Shown here: in pieces, positions 53,082-61,094 of the stretch
Layout: the number at the start of each line of letters is the position of its first letter
How positions within the stretch are numbered: position 1 is the stretch's first letter
DNA from: Proteobacteria bacterium UBA4457
GTDB lineage: Bacteria; Pseudomonadota; Gammaproteobacteria; Ga0077536
Direction: 5' to 3'
Length of the DNA: 64,000 bases
Assembly (NCBI GenBank): GCA_002390205.1
Contig: DGOV01000074.1
Span: forward strand, 15,759-79,758
Notes under the pieces: model-generated
What the model was told of the DNA's origin: nothing
What the model saw: the letters and a program-made list of their open reading frames with translations, nothing else
Databases searched by the model: none
Translations under genes and position numbers: made by a program

Positions 53082-53386
53082 CCAAGCTATTCTGTAAACT
53101 TGATTGGTAATTTACATGCAAGGCACCTATCTACTTTGTTTGCTGCTTTTTCTCTCTTTTGCTTTTGAGCCTGAAGCGACAGCTCAAGTCTTAACAACAG
53201 TTAGCCTAAAGCTTCAAACGCTTTATATTAATTATAGATTGAAGTGGATGGCCTGGCGGATGTATCGTCAACTTTGCAGAATAACAAAAGAATCCGGAAT
53301 GCCTGGACCGGGTCCGTTTCGATTCATAAACATTTGGGATAGGGACTCCAATCCCTGATATACTGATTCTTGAATACTCATCCATT

Positions 53387-53521
53387 ATGTCTTTATACAC
53401 TAAAAGCAACACGAAGCAGCCTAGCCCCAAAAAGCGAACTTCAATCGGAAATGGCTTACGTAAGCTTGGCAGCTACAAAAACAAAACACAAAAGCCGTTA
53501 AGAGGCCAAGGAAAAAAATAA
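53387..53521 (+). CDS. Very basic peptide (44 aa), low confidence
   Basis: Sequence MSLYTKSNTKQPSPKKRTSIGNGLRKLGSYKNKTQKPLRGQGKK. The region also has competing ORFs on both strands (53104-53430). Confidence 0.3.
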   Translation: MSLYTKSNTKQPSPKKRTSIGNGLRKLGSYKNKTQKPLRGQGKK

Positions 53522-53560
53522 GTTAACTGGAAAATTATAGAAACAACTGTTCTACATGTT

Positions 53561-53707
53561 ATGGCTTTTGAATCGCCTAAAGAAGACTCTCGACGCATCA
53601 AAGTTTGTGATTATCTAGAAATCGACGATGATTTCTATTTTGAGTACGATTACAGCGCATTAGCGTCTGAAACAATTAGATTTTTCCGAAAGCAAGGTTA
53701 CAACTAA
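53561..53707 (+). CDS. Hypothetical acidic protein (48 aa)
   Basis: Sequence MAFESPKEDSRRIKVCDYLEIDDDFYFEYDY...RFFRKQGYN. TAATG overlap with the next gene. Confidence 0.35.
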   Translation: MAFESPKEDSRRIKVCDYLEIDDDFYFEYDYSALASETIRFFRKQGYN

Positions 53708-53904
53708 TGTTTAATTTTTTCCGAAAGCAGGTTCAGGTGAGTTACGAAGTAATCTATTGTTACGGCAGTAGACCTTTTATTTCTCGCACAACTGTTGAGG
53801 CTGCAGATTTAGTTGAAGCTCATCGTAAGTTTGATGCTGATCCGAAATTTGAGAAGTGTACTCGAATTTCTGACGCAATCATGCTTAGTAGTCCTCTTGA
53901 GTAA
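53707..53904 (+). CDS. Hypothetical protein (65 aa)
   Basis: ORF in the track. Its N-terminal 'FFRKQ' is encoded by a copy of the 18-nt repeat found at the end of the upstream gene. Confidence 0.45.
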   Translation: MFNFFRKQVQVSYEVIYCYGSRPFISRTTVEAADLVEAHRKFDADPKFEKCTRISDAIMLSSPLE

Positions 53905-54009
53905 AAAAGGACCTTAACTGCTCGTGTTTGGGCTTCCGTTGCACGATTTTACATGATTTGACAACGTGCTCGTATTGATGCATGATGGAGAAGTCAAAAG
54001 AAAACTATC

Positions 54010-54243
54010 ATGACCAACGCTTGCCACACTCAAACTCCTGGCTCAATGAACTTTGAGATAGGAGTTCAGTTCCACCTTCTTACGGATGACCTTCATTGGA
54101 TCCCTAATGGATTCGAGACGGTCACTCTGGTAGTCGACAAGCAAGACTTGGAAGATGACAAGTACGATGCTTTGAGCTGTGCCGCCGAAGCGTGGTGCGA
54201 CTCAAGAGGACACTCCTTCTTTCAGTTGATTGAAGAGCCATAA
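54010..54243 (+). CDS. Hypothetical acidic protein (77 aa)
   Basis: ORF in the track, followed by a terminator. Confidence 0.5.
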   Translation: MTNACHTQTPGSMNFEIGVQFHLLTDDLHWIPNGFETVTLVVDKQDLEDDKYDALSCAAEAWCDSRGHSFFQLIEEP

Positions 54244-54253
54244 TCGACTGTCC

Positions 54254-54276
54254 AGGCCCCTTTTGGGGGGCTTTTT
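54254..54276 (+). terminator. Rho-independent terminator
   Basis: GCCCC-tttt(gg)-GGGGC stem followed by TTTTT. Confidence 0.75.
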
Positions 54277-54291
54277 AGTATATGATTTCCT

Positions 54292-54300
54292 GGTAAACTA
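54292..54300 (+). promoter_or_regulatory. GGTAAACTA box (TGGTAAACT) upstream of the RNR gene
   Basis: Exact 9-mer copy, 21 nt upstream of ATG 54322 and directly after a terminator. Confidence 0.5.
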
Positions 54301-54321
54301 CTTTCACGCAAAAAACAACAA

Positions 54322-56625
54322 ATGTCAGATTTCCGACCAGACGCCCCATCAGCAGAAACCGTTTTCTACCGCACTTATTCGAGACGCAAAGAGAATGGTG
54401 CTCGTGAAAACTTTGAAGAAGCGATGCTGCGAACCATTAATGGTATTGCAGAGATAGGAGAGTATACTCAAGAAGAGTATCACTTAGTTCGAGAGCAAGC
54501 GTTGGCTCAGCATGCATTTCCTTCAGGTCGTGCTTTCTGGGTAGCTGGTACTGATTGGAGCAAAAAGCCAGAAAATTTTAGCGGCTACTACAATTGCACA
54601 AGTACTCATATTGAAGACCTAGAAGCTTTTGGCTTGCTTGTTGATTTAGCCATGCAAGGATCTGGTACTGGAGCTGTCTTAGAGGAAGGAGTTGTTTCGA
54701 AATTACCTCCAATCCTACGGACATTGCACCTTGAGAATGTCTCAAAGTTAGGGACTGGACTTGGGTTGGAAGAGACTAAAATCATCTGGGATAATAAAAA
54801 TGTTCATATTCGGGTGGGAGATTCTCGCAAAGGGTGGAAAGACGCATACATGGCTGTTCTCTTTCAATCTACTCGGAATTTAGCTGATAAAGAGTGTCAC
54901 GTTTATGTAGACTTGGGACAGGTTAGACCTAGCGGCAGAAAACTAAAAGGATTTGGAGGAACGTCTAATCCAGTGAAGCTTCCTGGCTTGTTTGGTAAGA
55001 TTATTGACATTCTAAATGGAGCCACTGGTCGTAAGCTAACGACTGTAGAGGCCTGTCTTTTGATTGATGAAGCGGCTACTTGCGTTGTAGCTGGGAATAT
55101 TCGCAGGTCTGCCGGGATGCGTCAATTCTCTCAATCCGATACAGAGGCAGCTTCGTCGAAACTTGGGTTGTACACTCAAGATTCCGAGGGCAACTGGAAG
55201 GTTGATCCTAGGAAAGAAGCTCTCCGGATGGCAAATCACACTCTTTGTTATCACAACAAGCCGTCCTATTCAGAAGTAGAAAATGCAGTTCGCTTGCAAT
55301 TCCAGTCTGGCGAAGGAGCCATTCAATATGTGCCTGAAGCCGTAGCTAGAGCCAATGCAGACATCTTAAATACAGCTATTCGGAAGAAAGCCTTCTTGAA
55401 GGCCTATGTTTTGGAATCAAATGGCCGCAGTTACGCTCTAAATGCACTTAAGGCGTTTGCTGCGATTGATGGTCTTGACATCTCGGATCGCGAATTCAAC
55501 CATCGCTTAGATCGCTATGGGCTCAACCCCTGCGGCGAGATTATTGGTCGCGATTTCCACTGCAACTTGGCAGAAGTTCACCTCAATACTATCGATCCTA
55601 ATGACTATGAAGCACAAGACGCCGCTTTTTACGCCGCTGGACTCCAGGTCGCTGCGTTATTACAGCATGAGTTCGTCCATGAAAGATATCGGTACAGTCG
55701 GGAGATCGATCCAATCGTTGGTGTTTCTTTCACTGGCTTTTTTGATTTCATGGTGCATTCTTGCGGCTACGATTGGCTAAAATGGATGATGGGAGGTCGT
55801 GAAGGTAAACGCGCAACGGACATGTACGAGTCCACTGAGCGTCATTTCCTGAAACGCTGGCGTAAAGCGGCCCACGAAGGAGTCCGTGACTATTGTGAAA
55901 AGCACAGCATCCGACTGCCTAACCGAATTACCACTGTACAACCTGCAGGTACCAAGAGTTTGATTACGGGTGCTAGTAGTGGCTGGCATCCCCCAAAGGC
56001 TCAAAGATTTATCCGTCGTATTACTTTGGGAGCCAAAGACCCGCTCGTTCCAGCTTTGATTGAAAAAGGATTTAGCATTATTCCAGCACAGTCGGCCCGA
56101 GACGAAGAAGGGAATCTTCTTGATGATATTACTGACCCTCGTGTGCAAGAGGTATTAGTAGAAATACCTACCGAGGTAAGCTGGGCAAATGTTCCAGGTT
56201 GTGACTCATTCGATTTAGCTCAATTGCCAGTAGAGGCTCAATACGGTCTCTATATGCAAGTACAGCGTCACTACACGGATCACAATACTTCTGCCACTAT
56301 CGAATTAAGGGAGAGCGAAATCGAGCCCTTAGCCAAACTCATCCATGACGATATCAAAAACGACAATGGTTACATTTCTGCTGCTCTTTTGGCAAGGTTT
56401 GACGTTGATGGAGGGACTTTCCCTAGGCTCCCCTTCGAGCCTATAGACAAAGAGACTTATCAGCGACTCGTCGCTATTCAGAAGGCAACAGAGTCTGATG
56501 AGCTCTTCCTTGACATACTAAACAGGTATGATTCAGAAGAATGGTCTATCGAATCAGTAGCTGGTTGTACTAACGCAAGCTGTATAGCTAAAGCAGAAGC
56601 AGAAGAAAGAGAGGGTAGGGCATGA
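54322..56625 (+). CDS. nrdJ: Ribonucleotide reductase, class II (B12-dependent) type
   Basis: 767 aa with 'FYRTYSRR', active-site 'NPCGEI' and 'TVQPAGTKS'. The single-chain architecture matches cyanobacterial and cyanophage RNRs. Confidence 0.85.
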   Translation: MSDFRPDAPSAETVFYRTYSRRKENGARENFEEAMLRTINGIAEIGEYTQEEYHLVREQALAQHAFPSGRAFWVAGTDWSKKPENFSGYYNCTSTHIEDLEAFGLLVDLAMQGSGTGAVLEEGVVSKLPPILRTLHLENVSKLGTGLGLEETKIIWDNKNVHIRVGDSRKGWKDAYMAVLFQSTRNLADKECHVYVDLGQVRPSGRKLKGFGGTSNPVKLPGLFGKIIDILNGATGRKLTTVEACLLIDEAATCVVAGNIRRSAGMRQFSQSDTEAASSKLGLYTQDSEGNWKVDPRKEALRMANHTLCYHNKPSYSEVENAVRLQFQSGEGAIQYVPEAVARANADILNTAIRKKAFLKAYVLESNGRSYALNALKAFAAIDGLDISDREFNHRLDRYGLNPCGEIIGRDFHCNLAEVHLNTIDPNDYEAQDAAFYAAGLQVAALLQHEFVHERYRYSREIDPIVGVSFTGFFDFMVHSCGYDWLKWMMGGREGKRATDMYESTERHFLKRWRKAAHEGVRDYCEKHSIRLPNRITTVQPAGTKSLITGASSGWHPPKAQRFIRRITLGAKDPLVPALIEKGFSIIPAQSARDEEGNLLDDITDPRVQEVLVEIPTEVSWANVPGCDSFDLAQLPVEAQYGLYMQVQRHYTDHNTSATIELRESEIEPLAKLIHDDIKNDNGYISAALLARFDVDGGTFPRLPFEPIDKETYQRLVAIQKATESDELFLDILNRYDSEEWSIESVAGCTNASCIAKAEAEEREGRA

Positions 56626-56831
56626 GCGACCAAGAGTTACTAGTGGAAAGCTTGACGGCTTTTCAAAACCTTTGGTCCCTTAGCTACCCAGAAAAAGGTG
56701 AGCGTCGACGGAGAGGCAGTACTGTAGACTTGTCAGGCCTTCAATCGGCCTGGAATGCCTATGTCCGCCTAAACGCTGAGTATCACGGAGCGTACGTTCC
56801 AGCATCTGATCTTAATTTTCTTAAACGCTAA
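56622..56831 (+). CDS. Hypothetical protein (69 aa)
   Basis: ATGA-coupled to the RNR gene and TAATG-coupled to dcd. Confidence 0.5.
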   Translation: MSDQELLVESLTAFQNLWSLSYPEKGERRRRGSTVDLSGLQSAWNAYVRLNAEYHGAYVPASDLNFLKR

Positions 56832-57331
56832 TGTCTACTCTTGTTGATTTTCAAATCAGAGAACTTTGCCGATCTTCGGGTCTCGTAGAGCCTTTTGATC
56901 CAAAAATGATCAATCCTGCGTCAATTGACGTAACGCTTGGCCCTTTTATTAAAGTCGAGAATGACAATGGTTTCTTTACAACTTTTGACATTTCTCGAGA
57001 AGTATTCTGGATGCCTCCAAAAGCGTTCGTTCTCGCGGCTACTGCTGAATGGGTGCGAACTCCTGTAACACTAGAATCTACGTTTCTCCTTAAATCTTCC
57101 AGAGGTCGAGAAGGCTATGATCATGCACTTGCAACGTATATTGATCCAGGATTCCACGGCAGGATTACCCTTGAGCTGTCTAACCTCAGGCGGTTCAAAG
57201 AGCTCCCTCTTTCGGCTGGGATGCGAATTGGCCAGCTTCGATTTTCTCGTCTTGATGAAACACCGAATCGCCCTTATTTCATGACTGGCAGATATCATCG
57301 AGACGCCGGGGTTCAAGAATCCAAAGGGTGA
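56831..57331 (+). CDS. dcd: dCTP deaminase
   Basis: 'INPASIDVTLG', 'KSSRGREG' and 'YIDPGFHGRITLELSN'. Confidence 0.85.
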   Translation: MSTLVDFQIRELCRSSGLVEPFDPKMINPASIDVTLGPFIKVENDNGFFTTFDISREVFWMPPKAFVLAATAEWVRTPVTLESTFLLKSSRGREGYDHALATYIDPGFHGRITLELSNLRRFKELPLSAGMRIGQLRFSRLDETPNRPYFMTGRYHRDAGVQESKG

Positions 57332-57336
57332 CTTCA

Positions 57337-57358
57337 AGGGCTGACGCCCTTTTTTTTT
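57337..57358 (+). terminator. Rho-independent terminator
   Basis: AGGGC-tgac-GCCCT stem followed by T9. Confidence 0.85.
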
Positions 57359-57363
57359 GCACT

Positions 57364-57372
57364 GGCAAACTA
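57364..57372 (+). promoter_or_regulatory. GGCAAACTA box (one mismatch to GGTAAACTA) 5 nt upstream of ATG 57378
   Basis: TGGCAAACT lies directly after a terminator. The spacing would put the transcription start at or near the ATG, giving a possible leaderless mRNA. Confidence 0.35.
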
Positions 57373-57377
57373 TACAA

Positions 57378-58931
57378 ATGATTAGCGAGATGCTATCTAA
57401 CAAAAACACTCAGGGCGGGATGCCCCTTCATCGAGAGACTCTGATGCACGGAATTTCACATCCGATCAATGACCCAACACTGGTCAGTTTTCATCGACCA
57501 GAACTTGTGCGTATCTTGCCTCAACTTGAGCAAGCCTATGACTGCTGGACTCTCCTTAATGCTGACGGGCTAGGTTCGTCAAAGGAGAAGTATTTACACA
57601 AGGAATCTGGTGAGCCTTTGCCGGCGTACAAGGCCCGATTGGATCGCTCGACCTACACTCCTATATATCGCGAATCCATCAGGAGCTATGCCGGGCTTTT
57701 AAGTCGCTTCCAGATGATTGACCCACCCAAAAGCTTGAAGGATCTGAAGAACAATGTCGATCTGCAAGGCTCAACTATTCAGTCGTTCTTGACTCAAGTT
57801 GACGAGATGGCTCTCAGGGATGGAGGTACCTATGTCATGGTCGACATGATGCCTGATAATGGTAATAATAATTTTTTTGATCAACAGCATGATGGACGAC
57901 ATCCTTACTTGCTGAACATCAAGCGTCAGGACGTTATCAATTGGATGGTTAGTTGTGAGCAAGGTATTGAAAAGATTTCTCAGGTCACAGTGCGTCAACT
58001 GCGAACGATTCAGGACCCTGAGGCGAAGTTCGGGGCAAAGGTGGAAGCGGTCTATTACGTATTGAGTCCTGGAAAGGTTGAGCTATATCGAGTGAAGAAG
58101 AGTGGGACCTCTCGCTACGAGAATCAACTTGTAAGCGAAATCAAGACTTCAATGCCGACTGTACCTATCGTTTGGTACGGAGCCACTAGCTCTCGATTCG
58201 CTCAGGGCGACCTACCTATGGACGGACTGGCCGACCTAAGCATCCAGCATTTTCAGATGCGTTCTGACCTTGGGGAGCTTCTTCATAAGTGTGCTATGCC
58301 TGTACCTGTAAGAAAAGGCGCTCCAATTGGTCCTGATGGCCGCCCTCCGGCCCTAGTCTTGGGACCAAATACGGCTGTTGATCTTCCAGCAGAGGGAGGA
58401 GAATTCTCTTTTGCCGAACCCTCAGGGAAAAGTCTTGAGCGTCACCAGGGCGAAATTCGTCACGTAGAAGAGTTGATGGACAGAAGCTCTCTCAACTTCC
58501 TGTATGGGGCAAATGTTAAGACAGCTACCGAAGCGGCACTTCGTGCTTCTCAAGTTAGCTCAAGCGTCGCTTCTTTGGTGCGAAATAAATCCTCAATGTT
58601 TGGCACTGTAATGCGCTTGTGGGCTTGGTATACCGGTGAGCAATCTCAGATAACAGCCGAGTCTGGGATCGCAATGAATGACTCGTTGATTAACAAGCCT
58701 ATGGGAGCCAGTGAAATGGCACAGCTTGTGAATCTTTTCTCGAATAACCTGCTTTCAAAAAAAACAGTGTTAGATGAACTGCAAAGAGGAGGAGTTTTGG
58801 ACCCTGACCTTGTTATCGGTGAAGAAATTAGTCGAATCGAAAAGGAGAGGTCCGAGGGGGAGGAAGAAGAGCCTCAGGGCGTCCAAGGGGAGCCTGACCT
58901 TGGGATTGAGCCAACCTCTTTGCAGGCATGA
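57378..58931 (+). CDS. Portal protein (candidate)
   Basis: ~517 aa. The segment 'LPAYKARLDRSTYTPIYRESIRSYAGLLSRF' is one I associate with a portal family (DUF4055-type). Acidic C-terminus 'EKERSEGEEEEPQG'. The track's TTG 57357 is unlikely. Confidence 0.55.
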   Translation: MISEMLSNKNTQGGMPLHRETLMHGISHPINDPTLVSFHRPELVRILPQLEQAYDCWTLLNADGLGSSKEKYLHKESGEPLPAYKARLDRSTYTPIYRESIRSYAGLLSRFQMIDPPKSLKDLKNNVDLQGSTIQSFLTQVDEMALRDGGTYVMVDMMPDNGNNNFFDQQHDGRHPYLLNIKRQDVINWMVSCEQGIEKISQVTVRQLRTIQDPEAKFGAKVEAVYYVLSPGKVELYRVKKSGTSRYENQLVSEIKTSMPTVPIVWYGATSSRFAQGDLPMDGLADLSIQHFQMRSDLGELLHKCAMPVPVRKGAPIGPDGRPPALVLGPNTAVDLPAEGGEFSFAEPSGKSLERHQGEIRHVEELMDRSSLNFLYGANVKTATEAALRASQVSSSVASLVRNKSSMFGTVMRLWAWYTGEQSQITAESGIAMNDSLINKPMGASEMAQLVNLFSNNLLSKKTVLDELQRGGVLDPDLVIGEEISRIEKERSEGEEEEPQGVQGEPDLGIEPTSLQA

Positions 58932-58994
58932 TTGGCTTTTTCTTCTCTTTGTGCCTATACTGAGTGAGCACAAGCTCAAGTGAGGATTTTCTAG

Positions 58995-59198
58995 ATGTAC
59001 ACAGTTCGGTTCCAATTCTCGGCTAATCGAGCGCCTGACTTCCTTCTCGGCTCTCAAACGATTGCGGAGATGGAATTTGCGGAAATCTCGGAGATAGTTG
59101 CGCTCGTCCAAGAGTTTGCAGAATCACTTGAAGAAACCTTGATTTATTGCCAAGAAAGTGATAAAGTCTTAGGGTTGAGTGACTTTAAAATACAATGA
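58995..59198 (+). CDS. Hypothetical protein (67 aa)
   Basis: RBS 'gagga' upstream. ATGA-coupled to the next gene. Confidence 0.5.
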   Translation: MYTVRFQFSANRAPDFLLGSQTIAEMEFAEISEIVALVQEFAESLEETLIYCQESDKVLGLSDFKIQ

Positions 59199-59539
59199 TC
59201 AGCGCCGGCAAAAAAGTTGAATCTCACGGAGGCAGCTTTGTCTATGAAATCCAAGGGCCTCTCTGTTGCCTTTATGACCGAGAGGAGCTCCCATGGCCTT
59301 CTTGTTCCTTGAGATGGAAAGGGAAACAACCTTCTTGGAACAGACAAGGTCGGCGCTTTATCCCTGATCTTGCGGCTTCAAGGTGTCCAGCTTACGCTGT
59401 TAAAGCGACTGACTTGTGGGGATGTTGCTGGGAGCAAGTCTTAGTGATGTACGATCAGAGGTTAAGCCGCCAGGAGGAAAATTTCTGGTACTGGCGATAC
59501 AAACCAAATCAACAACCACCTGATGATGTCGAACTGTGA
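59195..59539 (+). CDS. Hypothetical Cys/Trp-rich protein (114 aa)
   Basis: ORF in the track. No recognisable motif. Confidence 0.45.
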   Translation: MISAGKKVESHGGSFVYEIQGPLCCLYDREELPWPSCSLRWKGKQPSWNRQGRRFIPDLAASRCPAYAVKATDLWGCCWEQVLVMYDQRLSRQEENFWYWRYKPNQQPPDDVEL

Positions 59540-59663
59540 CAAGCCCCTTAGAGGAATTGATTGGGCTGCTATCTTTAGAAAGAAGCCGAGCCTTGACCCT
59601 CCAGGCTACAACCAACTACTAAAACAAATCCGACAGGAGAACTCCAATGGAAAAGATGTCTAA
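59526..59663 (+). CDS. Hypothetical peptide (45 aa), low confidence
   Basis: Sequence MSNCDKPLRGIDWAAIFRKKPSLDPPGYNQLLKQIRQENSNGKDV. It bridges the two flanking genes with overlaps. Confidence 0.3.
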   Translation: MSNCDKPLRGIDWAAIFRKKPSLDPPGYNQLLKQIRQENSNGKDV

Positions 59664-59829
59664 CGCTTGCAGGTTTTTAGCTGACCACATTCAGAGACTC
59701 GAATTGCATGAAGATCTTTATAAAGAGCTAGAATTTCTTCGCAATGAATTGGTAGCAATGCTACGCGAAGAAGATAATCAGCAGGGACTTTTCCATGATT
59801 TCAATCAATCAAATGATTTTACTGCTTAA
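59647..59829 (+). CDS. Hypothetical protein (60 aa)
   Basis: RBS 'aggaga' upstream. Helical. Confidence 0.45.
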   Translation: MEKMSNACRFLADHIQRLELHEDLYKELEFLRNELVAMLREEDNQQGLFHDFNQSNDFTA

Positions 59830-59853
59830 TTAAAACTTTTTTCTATAATCAAG

Positions 59854-60303
59854 ATGACACGTTCCAATCGCAGCATCACTCAATTCGCAGTCAACAGGCT
59901 CGTCGATTTTATAAGCAATCCAAATCCTGAATTTCTCTCTGAAGCTCAAGGGAATACGACAGTTTCAGTACATTTGGATAAAATTTCCAATGAACTCACT
60001 TTTCAAGTTTTTCTTTTTGACACATCTGTATTTGAACTCGATGCAAGGTGTTTAATCGTCCGAAACGGAGGGTTCTTCGATTCAAAAGGTCGTCCATCTA
60101 AGACTACTAGGGAAAGGCTCAATGGCCTGCTTGATGCTTCAGGAGAGCTTGGATTAATTCCGAAAGGAGTTCGAGCTTTTCTAGGAAATAACGGCCAGAA
60201 AGAAACTTGCCTTGTCGGTAGGGGCGAAAACGTAGGACTACTGGATTCTGCATCAGCCGACCGAGTAATCGTTCGCGACTCAGACAAGTTATTGATCTTC
60301 TGA
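59854..60303 (+). CDS. Hypothetical protein (149 aa)
   Basis: ORF in the track. An antisense ORF at 60003-60308 is judged spurious. Confidence 0.55.
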   Translation: MTRSNRSITQFAVNRLVDFISNPNPEFLSEAQGNTTVSVHLDKISNELTFQVFLFDTSVFELDARCLIVRNGGFFDSKGRPSKTTRERLNGLLDASGELGLIPKGVRAFLGNNGQKETCLVGRGENVGLLDSASADRVIVRDSDKLLIF

Positions 60304-60316
60304 ATCAATTAAGTAT

Positions 60317-60326
60317 GGTAATATAG
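60317..60326 (+). promoter_or_regulatory. Promoter-like box GGTAATATAG (TGGTAATAT extended -10)
   Basis: Identical to the 10-mer at 23146-23155. Lies 80 nt upstream of ATG 60406. Confidence 0.4.
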
Positions 60327-60405
60327 GATGTAAGCGTCGACTCCACGGGAGTGCAGTACGATCCAGGTTAGACGACGGGAGCCTGGGCAATCATGGAGTA
60401 ACTTC

Positions 60406-60579
60406 ATGAATGTTTTACAGATGATTAAGAACCAAAGAGAAAGAAAGCAAAGACTTTCTCGGGCTCAGTTCCTTATGAGTAAGACTTATAGGGGTACTGA
60501 CTACACTTCGGCACATCAGGCGCCGGTAACAGACGACCATCCTCGTTTGGTATATCGAGGCCAAGAGCACGTCAAGTAA
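60406..60579 (+). CDS. DUF4278-like small cyanobacterial-type protein (57 aa)
   Basis: Two YRG motifs ('KTYRGTDY' and 'LVYRGQEH'), as in the cyanobacterial DUF4278 family. Has its own promoter-like box and terminator. Confidence 0.5.
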   Translation: MNVLQMIKNQRERKQRLSRAQFLMSKTYRGTDYTSAHQAPVTDDHPRLVYRGQEHVK

Positions 60580-60584
60580 TCATC

Positions 60585-60606
60585 AAGCCCTTCGGGGCTT
60601 TTTTTT
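60585..60606 (+). terminator. Rho-independent terminator
   Basis: AAGCCC-ttcg-GGGCTT stem followed by T7. Confidence 0.85.
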
Positions 60607-60663
60607 ATGGAGCTATCTGAATATCAAAACAAAGGCTAGGATATACGGGGAAAAGATGTCATT

Positions 60664-60828
60664 ATGAGTATAATAAAAAAGTATCGCTTGACTGTTGATG
60701 GCTATCGCCCTCCTTATGTCTTTTTTCATTATTGTGTTCATCTGGGGGAGTACCAAGTGAACGATCGACAGCCTGAATCACTGAATACATGGTACAGTAT
60801 GCTTGCCAGTCAAAAGGAGGCCTTATGA
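60664..60828 (+). CDS. Hypothetical protein (54 aa), low confidence
   Basis: Sequence MSIIKKYRLTVDGYRPPYVFFHYCVHLGEY... ATGA-coupled to the next gene. It competes with the minus-strand ORF at 60662-60844. Confidence 0.35.
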   Translation: MSIIKKYRLTVDGYRPPYVFFHYCVHLGEYQVNDRQPESLNTWYSMLASQKEAL

Positions 60829-61094
60829 ACAACTGCAGAGTCATCGTAGTAGCTTACGCTACTCCGCTTGTCGCTCTAGGCTTGTCTACTCTCGACCCAA
60901 AGCTAGATTCATCAGAATCCAATCGCCTGGAAAGCTTTGAAAGGCTATCTTTTCTTCGGCCCGACGTCCTTGAATGTACTCTTGACAATCTTGATTTTGG
61001 TCGATACGACTCAGAAGGAGTCAGCTACATCGCTGAATTGTTAGGTTGTGCTCTCGAAGACATCATCTCTACATCTTTTGAGGAAAACCAATGA
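60825..61094 (+). CDS. Hypothetical protein (89 aa)
   Basis: ATG 60825 has a strong RBS 'aaaggagg'. The track start at 60789 has none. Confidence 0.55.
   Translation: MNNCRVIVVAYATPLVALGLSTLDPKLDSSESNRLESFERLSFLRPDVLECTLDNLDFGRYDSEGVSYIAELLGCALEDIISTSFEENQ

Noticed and set aside
53104-53430. Overlapping ORFs on both strands: + 53104-53358 (with a possible signal peptide from ATG 53116) and - 53206-53430.
   Set aside because: I cannot decide from sequence alone which one, if either, is real. Neither has a recognisable motif. I left both unannotated and flagged the region as low-confidence coding.
54322-56625. I looked for an intein or homing-endonuclease insertion in the RNR gene, and likewise in the helicase at 35514-37199.
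   Set aside because: The lengths are normal for the families. I saw no intein block motifs (e.g. a C-terminal HN followed by C/S/T at a splice junction) and no LAGLIDADG, HNH or GIY-YIG motifs.
55777-57409. Minus-strand ORFs at 55777-56148 and 57071-57409, inside the RNR and dcd genes.
   Set aside because: They are antisense to genes with unambiguous catalytic motifs. They are typical shadow ORFs.
60304-60405. I scanned this spacer, and those at 53905-54009, 21435-21630 and 1-234, for tRNA-like cloverleafs.
   Set aside because: There are only short hairpins. I could not assemble an acceptor stem, T-loop (GTTCGAATC-type) or anticodon-arm combination by eye. A tRNAscan-SE run would settle this.
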